Assembly (NCBI GenBank): GCA_016188825.1
Contig: JACPHA010000006.1
Coordinates: 10,300 to 74,299, forward strand
Length of the DNA stretch: 64,000 nucleotides
Direction of reading: 5' to 3'
Source of the DNA: Candidatus Pacearchaeota archaeon
Lineage (GTDB): Archaea > Nanobdellota > Nanobdellia > Pacearchaeales > GW2011-AR1
Below, one piece after another: positions 47,529-57,118 of the stretch. The notes beneath the pieces are model-generated. The model did not search any database and had not been told where the DNA came from. It worked only from the letters and a program-made list of their open reading frames with translations. The translations under genes and the position numbers were made by a program. Positions within the stretch are counted from its first letter, which is position 1. Each line of letters begins with the position of its first letter.

Positions 47529-49802
47529 ATGCAATTCAAAAAGGGCTCCCAATTATATGCAATAGAAATCGAGCGCGAGCAAGACGAAGATGTTTTATAT
47601 ATGAACACTCTTGGCGCTCCTTTTGTCCCATCAATAGCCGAAGATCCATTAATAATGTCGCGCGCCATTAATTTCCTAGCACAAAACGCAAATGTCTCAA
47701 GAATTGTTTTTGTCCAGCAGAGAAATTACAACTACCCGCACGAGCAAATCTTGCTTCTTGCAGAAATCGCGAGAATTTACAATTTCCTGACAAAACAAGA
47801 AGAAATCCTAAGCCCAAAGCGCCTTTCATTGTTCGGAAATTCCCCGGAAATTTATTCTGATTTGCAATACCTCTTGGAATTGCTAAAACAAGACCCGGTT
47901 TCTTGCTATGCAGAATTAAAAAAGAGAATAAAAGATTTAAGACAACAATTAGAGCACGGCAAAACATTTAACAAATCTTATTCGATTAACTACCTCCGCG
48001 TCTTAGAAAGATTTTTCTCTATTCTCGAAAACACAGAATTAATAAAAAATCTATTGCCTGAAATTTCAGAGCATGCTTTCGGAAAAAGAGATATTTACAA
48101 ACCTGTTTTTCGCCCAGAGGTTTTGCCAAACTTTACATTCACTCGTCTTGCTGCCCAGCTGCCTCAAAATGCAGAATTAATTGACCAGTATGAGCTTGTT
48201 GATGAATTTGAAAAAATTGTTATAACAGTATTAAAAAAAGAAAATGACCCAAAATATTTCTATCATATTCTCCCTCAAGAATATCTCCTGACAGAAGATC
48301 ACCATTTACTTCTTAACCTCGCAAAAAACGTTTTATCAGAGCACCGCCCAAAGACAGAAGAGTTCACAGACCCAAGCAGAACAAGGCAGGTTTTTTTCAA
48401 TGTCTCTCGCGATATGCTGTCTGAATTATCAAAAACAAAAAACATTCCTTTAAGTCATAGAGAACTTGATGCGTTGGCAAAAATACTTGTCCGCCATACA
48501 ATAGGTTTTGGAATTTTAGAATTGCTTTTGCTTGATAAATATCTTCAAGACGTTGTCTTAAATGCCCCTATAACGCAAAGCCCTGTTTTTGTCAGGCATG
48601 AAAAATACGACGAGTGCTCAACAAACATAATTCTAAGTTTCGAAGAAGCAAACTCCTGGGCCGCAAAATTAAGATTATTGAGCGGCCGCCCGTTAGATGA
48701 AGCAAACCCTGTTCTTGACACAAGTATTGTTCTCGAAAAATCCAGGGCAAGAGTCTCGGCAATCGCAGAGCCATTATCTCCAAGCGGTCTTGCTTACGCA
48801 TTTCGTCGTCATCGTGATCAGCCCTGGACACTCCCTCTGTTCATTAATAACAAAATGATTAATTCTTTTGCAGCCGGTCTGTTAAGTTTTCTAATCGATG
48901 GCTCCCGAACTCTGCTCGTTGCAGGGACGCGCTCATCTGGAAAAACCTCTCTCTTGGGTTCATTAATGCTGGAAATCATGTCAAAATTCAGAGTTCTGGT
49001 AATTGAAGACACTCAAGAACTTCCAATAGATACATTAAGAAAAATCGGTTATGACATTTTAGGAATGAAAGTTCGTTCTGCTCTGACATCGGGCACAACA
49101 GAGGTCGAAGCATCAGAAGGAATCAGAGCAAGCTTAAGGCTTGGCGACAGCGCATTAATCATCGGCGAAGTAAGAAGCGAAGAAACAAAGGCATTGTATG
49201 AAGCAATGCGCGTCGGTGCTCTTGCAAACGTCGTCGCTGGCACAATCCACGGAGACTCTCCCTATGGCGTCTTCGATAGAATTGTCAATGATTTAAATGT
49301 TCCACCAACAAGTTTCAAGGCAACAGATATAATAATAATAGCAAACCCAATAAAAACTCCAGATGGTTTGCATTCAATAAAAAGAGTTGTTCAAATAACA
49401 GAAGTTCGAAAACACTGGACTTCAGACCCATTGGAAGAAAAAGCCTTTGTTGATTTAATGCGCTATAATGTTGAAAACGACGAGCTAGAGCCAACACCAG
49501 AATTAATAAATGGTGATTCAGAAATAATAAAAAACATAGCCGGAAATGTGCGCGGCTGGGCCGGCAACTGGTCTGCTGTTTTTGACAACATAATTCTGCG
49601 CGGCAAGGTAAAGCAAGAAATTGTTGAGGCGGCTAACAAATTAAACAAACCCTATTTAATGGAATCTGCTTTCAATTCCATAGCGAACTCTATCTTCCAT
49701 GAAATAAGCGACGAAGTCGGAGAAAAACATGGCCTTCCCTTATCGCAATTCGTATTTTCAAAATTCAAGGAATGGCTTTACAAAGCCGCGGAAAAATTTT
49801 AA
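47529..49802 (+). CDS. FlaI/GspE/VirB11-family secretion ATPase (type IV pilus-like assembly)
   Basis: Walker A GTRSSGKTS, Asp box VLVIEDTQEL, Walker B-type ALIIGEVRSEE, His box AGTIHGDSP. Long N-terminal extension (757 aa). Confidence 0.8.
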   Translation: MQFKKGSQLYAIEIEREQDEDVLYMNTLGAPFVPSIAEDPLIMSRAINFLAQNANVSRIVFVQQRNYNYPHEQILLLAEIARIYNFLTKQEEILSPKRLSLFGNSPEIYSDLQYLLELLKQDPVSCYAELKKRIKDLRQQLEHGKTFNKSYSINYLRVLERFFSILENTELIKNLLPEISEHAFGKRDIYKPVFRPEVLPNFTFTRLAAQLPQNAELIDQYELVDEFEKIVITVLKKENDPKYFYHILPQEYLLTEDHHLLLNLAKNVLSEHRPKTEEFTDPSRTRQVFFNVSRDMLSELSKTKNIPLSHRELDALAKILVRHTIGFGILELLLLDKYLQDVVLNAPITQSPVFVRHEKYDECSTNIILSFEEANSWAAKLRLLSGRPLDEANPVLDTSIVLEKSRARVSAIAEPLSPSGLAYAFRRHRDQPWTLPLFINNKMINSFAAGLLSFLIDGSRTLLVAGTRSSGKTSLLGSLMLEIMSKFRVLVIEDTQELPIDTLRKIGYDILGMKVRSALTSGTTEVEASEGIRASLRLGDSALIIGEVRSEETKALYEAMRVGALANVVAGTIHGDSPYGVFDRIVNDLNVPPTSFKATDIIIIANPIKTPDGLHSIKRVVQITEVRKHWTSDPLEEKAFVDLMRYNVENDELEPTPELINGDSEIIKNIAGNVRGWAGNWSAVFDNIILRGKVKQEIVEAANKLNKPYLMESAFNSIANSIFHEISDEVGEKHGLPLSQFVFSKFKEWLYKAAEKF

Positions 49803-49822
49803 TTTCTAAAATTTTTCTTATT

Positions 49823-50194
49823 TCATTTAGAAACCCGACCGTAATTCTCCTGCACTAAAAGCCTAAGTTGTTCCAGACCAACATCACAACTCATTAGCAC
49901 TTGAGCAGCAACACTATCTTGTTCTCTTAACAGTCCTAACAATAAATAACCTGTTCCAAAGACATGAATGTTACTATTATTAACTTCTTCTATCATGTAT
50001 TCTAAACATTTTTTAGCACGAGGAGTTAAAGGTAAAATGCGATCGCTGTCATATCCTCCTTCTGGTCCTGATTTAACTAAAGTTTTAATATACCTTTTCA
50101 TTAGCTGTGAAATTAGATTATCGTCTCTAGCAGTAAAATACTGAGCCAAAATCTTGCTTCCTTCTCCTCTCTCTTCCAAAACACCTAAAAGCAA
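49823..50194 (-). CDS. stand-alone Clp N-terminal repeat domain protein, 5' end frame-disrupted
   Basis: EHLLLGVLEE... and YLLLGLLREQDSVAAQVLMSCDVGLEQLR are the two Clp_N repeats. The ORF only opens at a TTG. An ATG ORF at 50252 in another frame encodes the expected first helix. Confidence 0.55.
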   Translation of the reverse strand: MLLGVLEERGEGSKILAQYFTARDDNLISQLMKRYIKTLVKSGPEGGYDSDRILPLTPRAKKCLEYMIEEVNNSNIHVFGTGYLLLGLLREQDSVAAQVLMSCDVGLEQLRLLVQENYGRVSK

Positions 50195-50301
50195 GTGCTC
50201 TCTTCAAACCTTCGCTAAACCTTTGCTCATAACTAGTAGGATAATTAGCCATTACTTTTCTTTTATTGAAACATATTTAAATATTTATATAATGAAAACC
50301 C

Positions 50302-52506
50302 TCACCCTCCAAGTCCTCCCAACGCAACACTAGCCAACAAACTCAAAGCCAGAATTGAAGCCAATGCAGTTGCTAAATACAAAGCAATCCCGCGTTTCAA
50401 ATTTTTTGCCAGTTCATATTTTTCCTTCACAACGTCTTTCCCAGAATCAACAGTAACCAAGGCACTTGTCAAAATAAAAATCACTTCAATGATGTAAATT
50501 CCGATTGAAATCTGTATAAAATAGGGCGGAATCATTTGTGTAACGTCAAAAATAGAAGTTATACTCGCAAAACTTCCCAGGCCTACAACCTCTTCGCTCC
50601 CTCCAGCAACCTGCAATGCCTGCAATTTATTCAAGATAAAAGTAATCATCGCAGCCAAGCCTACAACAATCCCTGCCAATAACGGCGCAAGGAAAACCAT
50701 GTTTGACTTCATATCAGAAACAATCTCTGCGAGCAAATCTTTCAGTCTCTGATTTATCTTATCTATATTCTTAACATATTGCGAAATTGACATCAAAGAC
50801 CGAGCAGCAATCTGCAACCCCTTTCTAACAGATTCAACCAAAATCTTCATTGAAGTTGCAATCAAAGCAGAAGGGTAATAACTCATCGCCCCTCTTCTTT
50901 TGTCAAAAATAGCAGTTTCTAAAGACATCCCTCCCTGATTTATATTTTGATTAACCATCGCAAAAAAATCCCCGCTTTTCTGTCCTCGCGTAGATTCGGC
51001 AACTCTGCCAAAAGCAACCTCTGCTGGAATTCCATCTCCCAGCCTGTTCCCCAGCTGAAACAAAGAATTAGAAAACTCCTGCTCCAAAACTTTTGTGTCT
51101 TCCCTTGCCTTGATTAACTCTCTTGTTTTCCTTCCATACCCTATGAGAAAAAACAAGCCAAAAGACAAAGGTATAAACAAACTAAGAAAAATCCCAAATG
51201 TCCCAAACGGCCCCCTTATCTTTCCCCCAACATCTTTAAAATCAAAAAGTTTTGCATCACCTAAAAAATCCAATCCTAATTCCTGAAAAGTATAATCTTT
51301 ATTAAAGCCAAACATGTTAACAAAAAAATCCTGCTGGAATAAAAACGGCAAAATCCCCAAAATCAAAAACGGCAAAGCTATTAAGAAACCTGAAACCCAT
51401 GGTTTTCTTGATTTAAATTTTTCATAATTTGGATTATACCTTAAATTCTCAGTCTCTCCATACCCTCCAGGCCTTTTCAATAAAACTTCAGAAACCATGT
51501 AATAAACAAAAAACGGAACAATAACATTAAACAAAACAAAAACATGCGGCCAGCGAACTATGCCTTGCAACAATGTAGAAGCAAGGGGCAGCAAAGCCAA
51601 ACCAAGAGTTGGGAGAATAATTCCCAGCATGTAAAGATTTGTCAGCGGGCTTCTAATCTCTCTAGAATATTTCAGCATCTTTTCATAAACACCATCAAGA
51701 ATTACTTGTAATGCCCTTTCTAAAATTTCAGCCCTTCTACCCTCAACCGGCTCAAACAAACTTGACTCTATCAAATGAAAAGACTCCACAAATTCCGGCG
51801 CATAATCCCTCCAGCTTTCTAAATAACTCTCCAAAGATTGTTTTATCGTTGAAAATCTACCTATTTCAACATCATAAAATATTTTCTTAAAATCCAAAGC
51901 CAGCGGCCCTTCCAAATGCTGCGAAGCAAATTCAATCGCTTTCTCCAGGTTTGAAGTATGCTTCATATAAACAACAACATACAAAACAGCAGGCACCATC
52001 TGGCTTGAAGACTGGAGCCTCCATAAATTCGCTAATCTTTGAGGCATGCTGTAAGTGTAATAAAACACAAACATGCTTGCAATCAATCCAAGAAAAATAA
52101 AAAGCATGAAATTAGAAGTGTCTTCAGAACTCATTTCTGCAAAGCCGCCTGGGAAATAAACCAAAAAAGTTGCGGCGGCAAGTAAAATCGTAACAAAAAA
52201 AATCAAAAGCATTGACATAATCGCCAGAGTAACTGCCTGGCTCGCATTCACGTCGAGATGCGCAATATCAAGATATTTCTGCACCCTTGTCTTATCTTTT
52301 TCGGCAATTCTTATCTCAATAAAATTTCCCAATGACTTCGCCCATTTTTCATACCTGCTCAATTCAGGAATCTCCTCTTGCTTAAACCTAAAATACTCTT
52401 CAGAATAATCCTCTCCTGATTTTTCCGAACCAAGATTCAACTGCGATTCTAACTGCCTGCTGTATTTCTCCAAAATCTCTCCTGCCAAATCTCTCTGCTT
52501 AGCCAT
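50302..52506 (-). CDS. FlaJ/TadC-like polytopic platform protein
   Basis: 734 aa, with two soluble helical regions alternating with TM clusters. Sits next to the FlaI-like ATPase. Assignment is by architecture and context only. Confidence 0.55.
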   Translation of the reverse strand: MAKQRDLAGEILEKYSRQLESQLNLGSEKSGEDYSEEYFRFKQEEIPELSRYEKWAKSLGNFIEIRIAEKDKTRVQKYLDIAHLDVNASQAVTLAIMSMLLIFFVTILLAAATFLVYFPGGFAEMSSEDTSNFMLFIFLGLIASMFVFYYTYSMPQRLANLWRLQSSSQMVPAVLYVVVYMKHTSNLEKAIEFASQHLEGPLALDFKKIFYDVEIGRFSTIKQSLESYLESWRDYAPEFVESFHLIESSLFEPVEGRRAEILERALQVILDGVYEKMLKYSREIRSPLTNLYMLGIILPTLGLALLPLASTLLQGIVRWPHVFVLFNVIVPFFVYYMVSEVLLKRPGGYGETENLRYNPNYEKFKSRKPWVSGFLIALPFLILGILPFLFQQDFFVNMFGFNKDYTFQELGLDFLGDAKLFDFKDVGGKIRGPFGTFGIFLSLFIPLSFGLFFLIGYGRKTRELIKAREDTKVLEQEFSNSLFQLGNRLGDGIPAEVAFGRVAESTRGQKSGDFFAMVNQNINQGGMSLETAIFDKRRGAMSYYPSALIATSMKILVESVRKGLQIAARSLMSISQYVKNIDKINQRLKDLLAEIVSDMKSNMVFLAPLLAGIVVGLAAMITFILNKLQALQVAGGSEEVVGLGSFASITSIFDVTQMIPPYFIQISIGIYIIEVIFILTSALVTVDSGKDVVKEKYELAKNLKRGIALYLATALASILALSLLASVALGGLGG

Positions 52507-52723
52507 CTTGCCTCTTTTAACTTCCTTAATTAAAAATCAAAGAAAACCAATGTTATAAATTATGCGTTTTTGTTGAGTAAAATTACCCTCTTAAGAATTC
52601 AAATTAGGAAGATTATTATAGATAATTCCCTTGGTTATAGGAAATAACTTTAATAATCGTAACAGCTTTGTTATTTCCTAGATAGCAAATTGCTGAAAAA
52701 CATCCGAAAATTAAAGCAATTTG

Positions 52724-52865
52724 CTATAGAGGACTTTGAATAACCCCTGTTTCTTTGCTTTTTTCAAAGACTTCAACTTCCAAGTTGAATGTATCAAAGA
52801 ACTTGTTTTTTGAGTCCTTCTTAGAGGGTTTTGAAAGTTTTTAGGGTTTTTCAAAACCTTCTATT
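52724..52865 (+). repeat. 143-nt MITE-like structured element, copy 2
   Basis: Matches 22930-23072. In the hairpin at 52823-52862 the loop GTTTTTAGGGTT is the exact reverse complement of the copy-1 loop. Confidence 0.85.
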
Positions 52866-52938
52866 ATCACTAGAATTCTGGAAAAATTTTATATCAATTA
52901 CCAGAATTCACGATAAATCACCGAACACTTTATTAATA

Positions 52939-53008
52939 AATCAAAAAGTCCTTGTGTGTGTTTGGACTTTTGGACACCAAGAATTCTGACAATTAAATTC
53001 TTGACATA
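52939..53008 (+). repeat. interspersed palindromic element, short form with internal 27-nt deletion
   Basis: Identical to 30071-30133 except one base. Then jumps to ACAT, as if deleted between the AAATTCTTG direct repeats present in the 30-kb copy. Confidence 0.85.
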
Positions 53009-53118
53009 ATAAATTTTTCTTTACGAGATAATTTTAAGATTAACTGTTTAATTTATAGTTTTTATCCTTAACCACTCTGCCACACTAAATTTTTATACTA
53101 ACAATTCTCTTTATTTCT

Positions 53119-53274
53119 ATGAAAAATAAAAGAGGCATAGTCCCTCAAGAATTGCTTTATGCAATTATTGCGGTTGCTGTTCTAATCTTTGGATTATTGG
53201 CATATAGCATAATAACAGGCAAAACTGAAAGCGCTCTAGATTTTTTTGAAAATTTATGGAGATTCGGCAGATGA
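53119..53274 (+). CDS. small prepilin-like protein (51 aa)
   Basis: Read by eye: MKNKRGIVPQELLYAIIAVAVLIFGLLAYSIITG... (K-R-G, Glu at +5, hydrophobic helix). ATGA overlap with the next gene. Confidence 0.5.
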   Translation: MKNKRGIVPQELLYAIIAVAVLIFGLLAYSIITGKTESALDFFENLWRFGR

Positions 53275-54092
53275 ACAAAAAAGCACAAGAAGATTCACGA
53301 ACCTCAATTTTCCCAATTCTCTTAGTGGTCTTCCTGTTAGCTGTTTTAATAATTTTTTTAGGAATAAAAGGAAGCGATATCCTCGATAGATTAAAAAATT
53401 TTATTCCCGGATTCCGCCCACAAAATGCAACAACAGAAAGCATTGAGATAATAAGATATGACATAGAAAATAACAATATGCAATATTATGACGGACTTTC
53501 TTGGCTTGATTTCCAGAATGAAATTTCCCTAGAAAATAAAAAGCTAAACCATAATTCTCTTATCGCAGATTTTTCTGATAATTATTATGGAAAAACGAGA
53601 CAAAAAGAAAGAGTGAGCATCTCTCAAGAAACTCTAAAAGAATTTTATAAAAATAACTATAATTCTCTGCCGGTTTTAGATGCATATATTTTCAATATGG
53701 TGCAATACACTTCTGACTCGCCAAAAGATTTCTCAAAAAGAGGAGACGTATATGCAATCCTAATTTCAAAAATTGGTTTCGGCAAAGACGATAACAAAAT
53801 ATACGGAGAATTAACTCTAAATGCAAACAACGAATTAAAAATCAGAACAATAAATAACGACCTTTCAAGTTTAATGCTCTATTTCAGCAGAATTCAACAA
53901 ACTTCAGAGCTCTACAAAGCAACAGTTCCGAAAATGGCAGAATGGCGCGACTCTGTCTTGAAAAAGCCAATTAAAATAAATTACAAAGAAAATGAACAGT
54001 CAACCTCAAATTATTTCTGCGCTGAAAAAAAAGATAATAAATTCCTGGTTGTTTACCTGGACAAACCAAAGTCACAGACTTCAACATGCTAA
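53271..54092 (+). CDS. prepilin-like protein
   Basis: MNKKAQEDSRTSIFPILLVVFLLAVLIIFLG class III-type signal. Start chosen at the internal ATG. Confidence 0.6.
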   Translation: MNKKAQEDSRTSIFPILLVVFLLAVLIIFLGIKGSDILDRLKNFIPGFRPQNATTESIEIIRYDIENNNMQYYDGLSWLDFQNEISLENKKLNHNSLIADFSDNYYGKTRQKERVSISQETLKEFYKNNYNSLPVLDAYIFNMVQYTSDSPKDFSKRGDVYAILISKIGFGKDDNKIYGELTLNANNELKIRTINNDLSSLMLYFSRIQQTSELYKATVPKMAEWRDSVLKKPIKINYKENEQSTSNYFCAEKKDNKFLVVYLDKPKSQTSTC

Positions 54093-54217
54093 AAATAAAA
54101 AATAAAAAAGCCCTTATCGCAGATTCTCTTCTGGATAACATACTCTGGATAATCTTCTTTATCATCGCAGCATTAGGAATTGCGTTTATTGTCTATAAAA
54201 TAACAGGAACCGGTTAA
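54086..54217 (+). CDS. small prepilin-like protein (43 aa)
   Basis: Read by eye: MLKIKNKKALIADSLLDNILWIIFFIIAALGIAFIVYKITGTG. ATGCTAA overlap with the previous gene. Confidence 0.45.
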   Translation: MLKIKNKKALIADSLLDNILWIIFFIIAALGIAFIVYKITGTG

Positions 54218-54282
54218 CGCAATCGTTATATGGTAATTGCGTTGATTATAGCCAAGGACATTAATATTTCCTCGTTTTGCCT

Positions 54283-54398
54283 TTGACTACATCAAGATTA
54301 ATGGCTCTTTAATCTTGAGTGTGCTCAAGAACTATGTTCTTGACATCAAGGGAAAGACGCACACAATTGGTAAAAAACTTGCGTCTTTCACTATAGAT
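54283..54398 (+). repeat. interspersed palindromic element, long form, copy 2
   Basis: Matches 401-518. Hairpins TCAAGATTAA/TTAATCTTGA, TCAAGAAC/GTTCTTGA and GAAAGACGC/GCGTCTTTC. Confidence 0.85.
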
Positions 54399-54489
54399 TA
54401 TAATTTTTAGCAATTACCTATTAGAGATTTGCAACAAAATTGTGCTAATTAATGCAAATCTCTATAAAGATAAATTTCCTATTTTCTAA

Positions 54490-55533
54490 ATGCAAAAAAA
54501 TAAAAAAAGAGGAGCATCACCAGCAATGTGGTTTTTCATAATAACAACAATAACGTTAGTAATAGGATTTCTCGCTGTTCTTATTTTTCTCGGAAAAATT
54601 GATTTAGCAGGAAAAACAGAAGAAGAAATCTGCCGTCTTTCAGTTCTCTCAAGAGCAACAACACCAGAGTCTGCTCAAAGTTTAGTTCCCCTAAAATGCA
54701 CAACCGAAAAAATATGCCTCAGCACAACCGATGAGGATTGCTCTCAATTTCTGGGAGAAAAAAATGTAGAAAAAATAAAACTTCCGAGCGATGAAAAGCA
54801 GGCTGCAAAAAAAATTGAAGAAATTTCTGCAAATGCAATGTACGACTGCTGGAGCATTATGGGAAAGGGTAAGATTGACATATTCGGCACTAATGAAGGC
54901 TCTCTAACAAGCAATATTGTAGCAACCACTTTCTCAGTTTCTGAAATTCATCCCAAATGTGTAATTTGCTCCCGCATCGCTTTTGCAGAAGACCTAAAAA
55001 AAGAAAAAGAAATACTTGAAAAAATTAACTTGAAAGAATATTTAGAAAAAGAAAAAATACCTGGACAGTCAATTACCTACCTACAGGCTTTCACAGACTC
55101 TCAAATAAATGCTTTTCCTACAGAAATAGAGCAAAGTCTTGTCAAAGATGAACCAAAAACAACAGACCAGATGGCATTTGTTTTCATGCAAATAATTGCT
55201 TCGGATAAAACACCAATCGAGCAAGCAATACAAGCAGGCTCAAATACAGGAATTGCAATTGGTGGCTCGTTATTATTAAACCCTCTAGGAAAAATCATCT
55301 CGGTTGCTACTCTAAAAGTTACTGCTCCTCTTGCCATAACAGGTACGCTTCTCTCAGGAGGCTTGGCATACTACCAAGCAGAAAAAAATCAAGCAATAGC
55401 CGCAACCCATTGCGGAAAATTCACAAGCACTAAAACAGAAAGATACGGCTGTTCGCTCATAACTCCTCTTGACTATAATAACGTAACTATAATTAATGAT
55501 TTTTGTAATGGCGGAATAGAAAGTCTTCAATAA
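54490..55533 (+). CDS. prepilin-like protein (347 aa)
   Basis: MQKNKKRGASPAMWFFIITTITLVIGFLAVLIFLG signal. Cys-containing extracellular region and a hydrophobic C-terminal third. Confidence 0.55.
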   Translation: MQKNKKRGASPAMWFFIITTITLVIGFLAVLIFLGKIDLAGKTEEEICRLSVLSRATTPESAQSLVPLKCTTEKICLSTTDEDCSQFLGEKNVEKIKLPSDEKQAAKKIEEISANAMYDCWSIMGKGKIDIFGTNEGSLTSNIVATTFSVSEIHPKCVICSRIAFAEDLKKEKEILEKINLKEYLEKEKIPGQSITYLQAFTDSQINAFPTEIEQSLVKDEPKTTDQMAFVFMQIIASDKTPIEQAIQAGSNTGIAIGGSLLLNPLGKIISVATLKVTAPLAITGTLLSGGLAYYQAEKNQAIAATHCGKFTSTKTERYGCSLITPLDYNNVTIINDFCNGGIESLQ

Positions 55534-55546
55534 TTCAAAAAACAAA

Positions 55547-56188
55547 ATGAAATCAAAAAAAGCAAACTTGTCCAATCTAGTAGGAGCAATTATTGCAATA
55601 GTGGGTTTATCCTTGTTTTTCTTCGTGGCTATCCCTCGGTTGTATGGCACAATAACTTCAGACAAAGAAACGGAAAGCGCAAAATCTCTTGCTAACGTCG
55701 TGGAAGCAAAAATCAAAGCCTTTTTAGAATCAGATTTCACCGCCGCAAACATAACAGTTCAAGGCTTCAACGAAAACTGGTATCTGGCCGGCTGGGGAAA
55801 AAACGACCTTGATAGACCAGAAAAATGTTACTTCGATTCCTGCATTTGCATATGTAAATCAGAATCTCCCTCAAACACTCTAAAAGATTCTTGCCAAAAA
55901 AACGGTATTTGCAGAAAAATAGAAATAGAAAAAATTTCAATTGAAGAGCCTTTCTTATTAGAAAAAAAAGGGCAGGGTTCTGGCCAATTAGGAGAAGGGC
56001 AAATAGAATACTACTCAGAATGCTACGGAAAGTCCATTGACCTTTTTCCACAATTAATTGAAATAGAACTATCAAAAAAACAAGATAAATTTATAATAAG
56101 ATATCTATCAGAAGCTTACAAACAAAAAAAACAAGAAATCGAAACAGAAAGAAAATATGAAATAAAAAAAGGAGAAGGTTGCTTTTAA
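55547..56188 (+). CDS. prepilin-like protein
   Basis: MKSKKANLSNLVGAIIAIVGLSLFFFVAI. Confidence 0.6.
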   Translation: MKSKKANLSNLVGAIIAIVGLSLFFFVAIPRLYGTITSDKETESAKSLANVVEAKIKAFLESDFTAANITVQGFNENWYLAGWGKNDLDRPEKCYFDSCICICKSESPSNTLKDSCQKNGICRKIEIEKISIEEPFLLEKKGQGSGQLGEGQIEYYSECYGKSIDLFPQLIEIELSKKQDKFIIRYLSEAYKQKKQEIETERKYEIKKGEGCF

Positions 56189-56199
56189 TTAAATAAAAA

Positions 56200-56613
56200 A
56201 TGCCCAATAAAAAAGCCCAGTCAACTAGCGAATTATTAATGGACAACGCAATTTACCTCATCTTGTTAGTCTTGTTTCTCTCCACAATGCTCTTTTTTAT
56301 CTGGGACCAAATGAACGGTGCTTCTCTCTGGGCAGAATACTATTCAAAAGAAATTTCAAAAGTAATTAATCTTGCCAAAGCAGGCGACGTAATCACCCTT
56401 GATGTCCAAAAAGCAACAGCGATAGCAAAATCAAATGACATAAAAAGTTTCAGCGAAATATTTGTTTTCGACAATATAAACAACGAACTATGCGTTAAAT
56501 TATCCATTGGCAGAAAAACCTGCTATAGTTATTTCAACAACGTTGATATTATTGAACCAGAAATAAATTATGGACCTCCAAATACTTTAACATTCAAAAT
56601 AATAGAAAAATAA
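56200..56613 (+). CDS. prepilin-like protein
   Basis: MPNKKAQSTSELLMDNAIYLILLVLFLSTMLFFI (Glu at +5 after K-K-A). Confidence 0.6.
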   Translation: MPNKKAQSTSELLMDNAIYLILLVLFLSTMLFFIWDQMNGASLWAEYYSKEISKVINLAKAGDVITLDVQKATAIAKSNDIKSFSEIFVFDNINNELCVKLSIGRKTCYSYFNNVDIIEPEINYGPPNTLTFKIIEK

Positions 56614-56635
56614 AAACTGCCTTCGCAAAATTAAC

Positions 56636-57118
56636 ATGGAAATAGAAAACAAAAAAGCCCAATTAGGAAGCCAAATGATGATTTTTGCATTCATCTTTCT
56701 CTTGCTCATTGCAGGAATAGGAATTGTCACAGGAATTTACATCTTCTTCAGCTCAGAATATGACTTCAGACAAATTGACGCTGAAATATTAAATTACGGG
56801 GTAAATTCCTGCCTGCAAAAAAAAGAAATTAACTTTAATGTTCCTCCGCAAGAACTGGAAAATGAAATCCTAAAAAAATGCGCTCTTCACAAAACAGTCA
56901 CAGATAATTATTTTCTAATATCAATTAAAAATGAGGCAGATAATAAAATTCTCTTAAAATTAGGAAAGGGAGATGAAACCCGGTGCGGCCTAGCAGAAAA
57001 AAATACTCAATTTCCAAAATGCACAAATTCAACAGTGACATTAAAAATTAATAATAATCAACAAACTTTACTCATTCTCACAGGCTCAAATCAAAATTCA
57101 AGGGAAAATTTAGTATGA
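56636..57118 (+). CDS. prepilin-like protein
   Basis: MEIENKKAQLGSQMMIFAFIFLLLIAGIGIV. Confidence 0.6.
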   Translation: MEIENKKAQLGSQMMIFAFIFLLLIAGIGIVTGIYIFFSSEYDFRQIDAEILNYGVNSCLQKKEINFNVPPQELENEILKKCALHKTVTDNYFLISIKNEADNKILLKLGKGDETRCGLAEKNTQFPKCTNSTVTLKINNNQQTLLILTGSNQNSRENLV

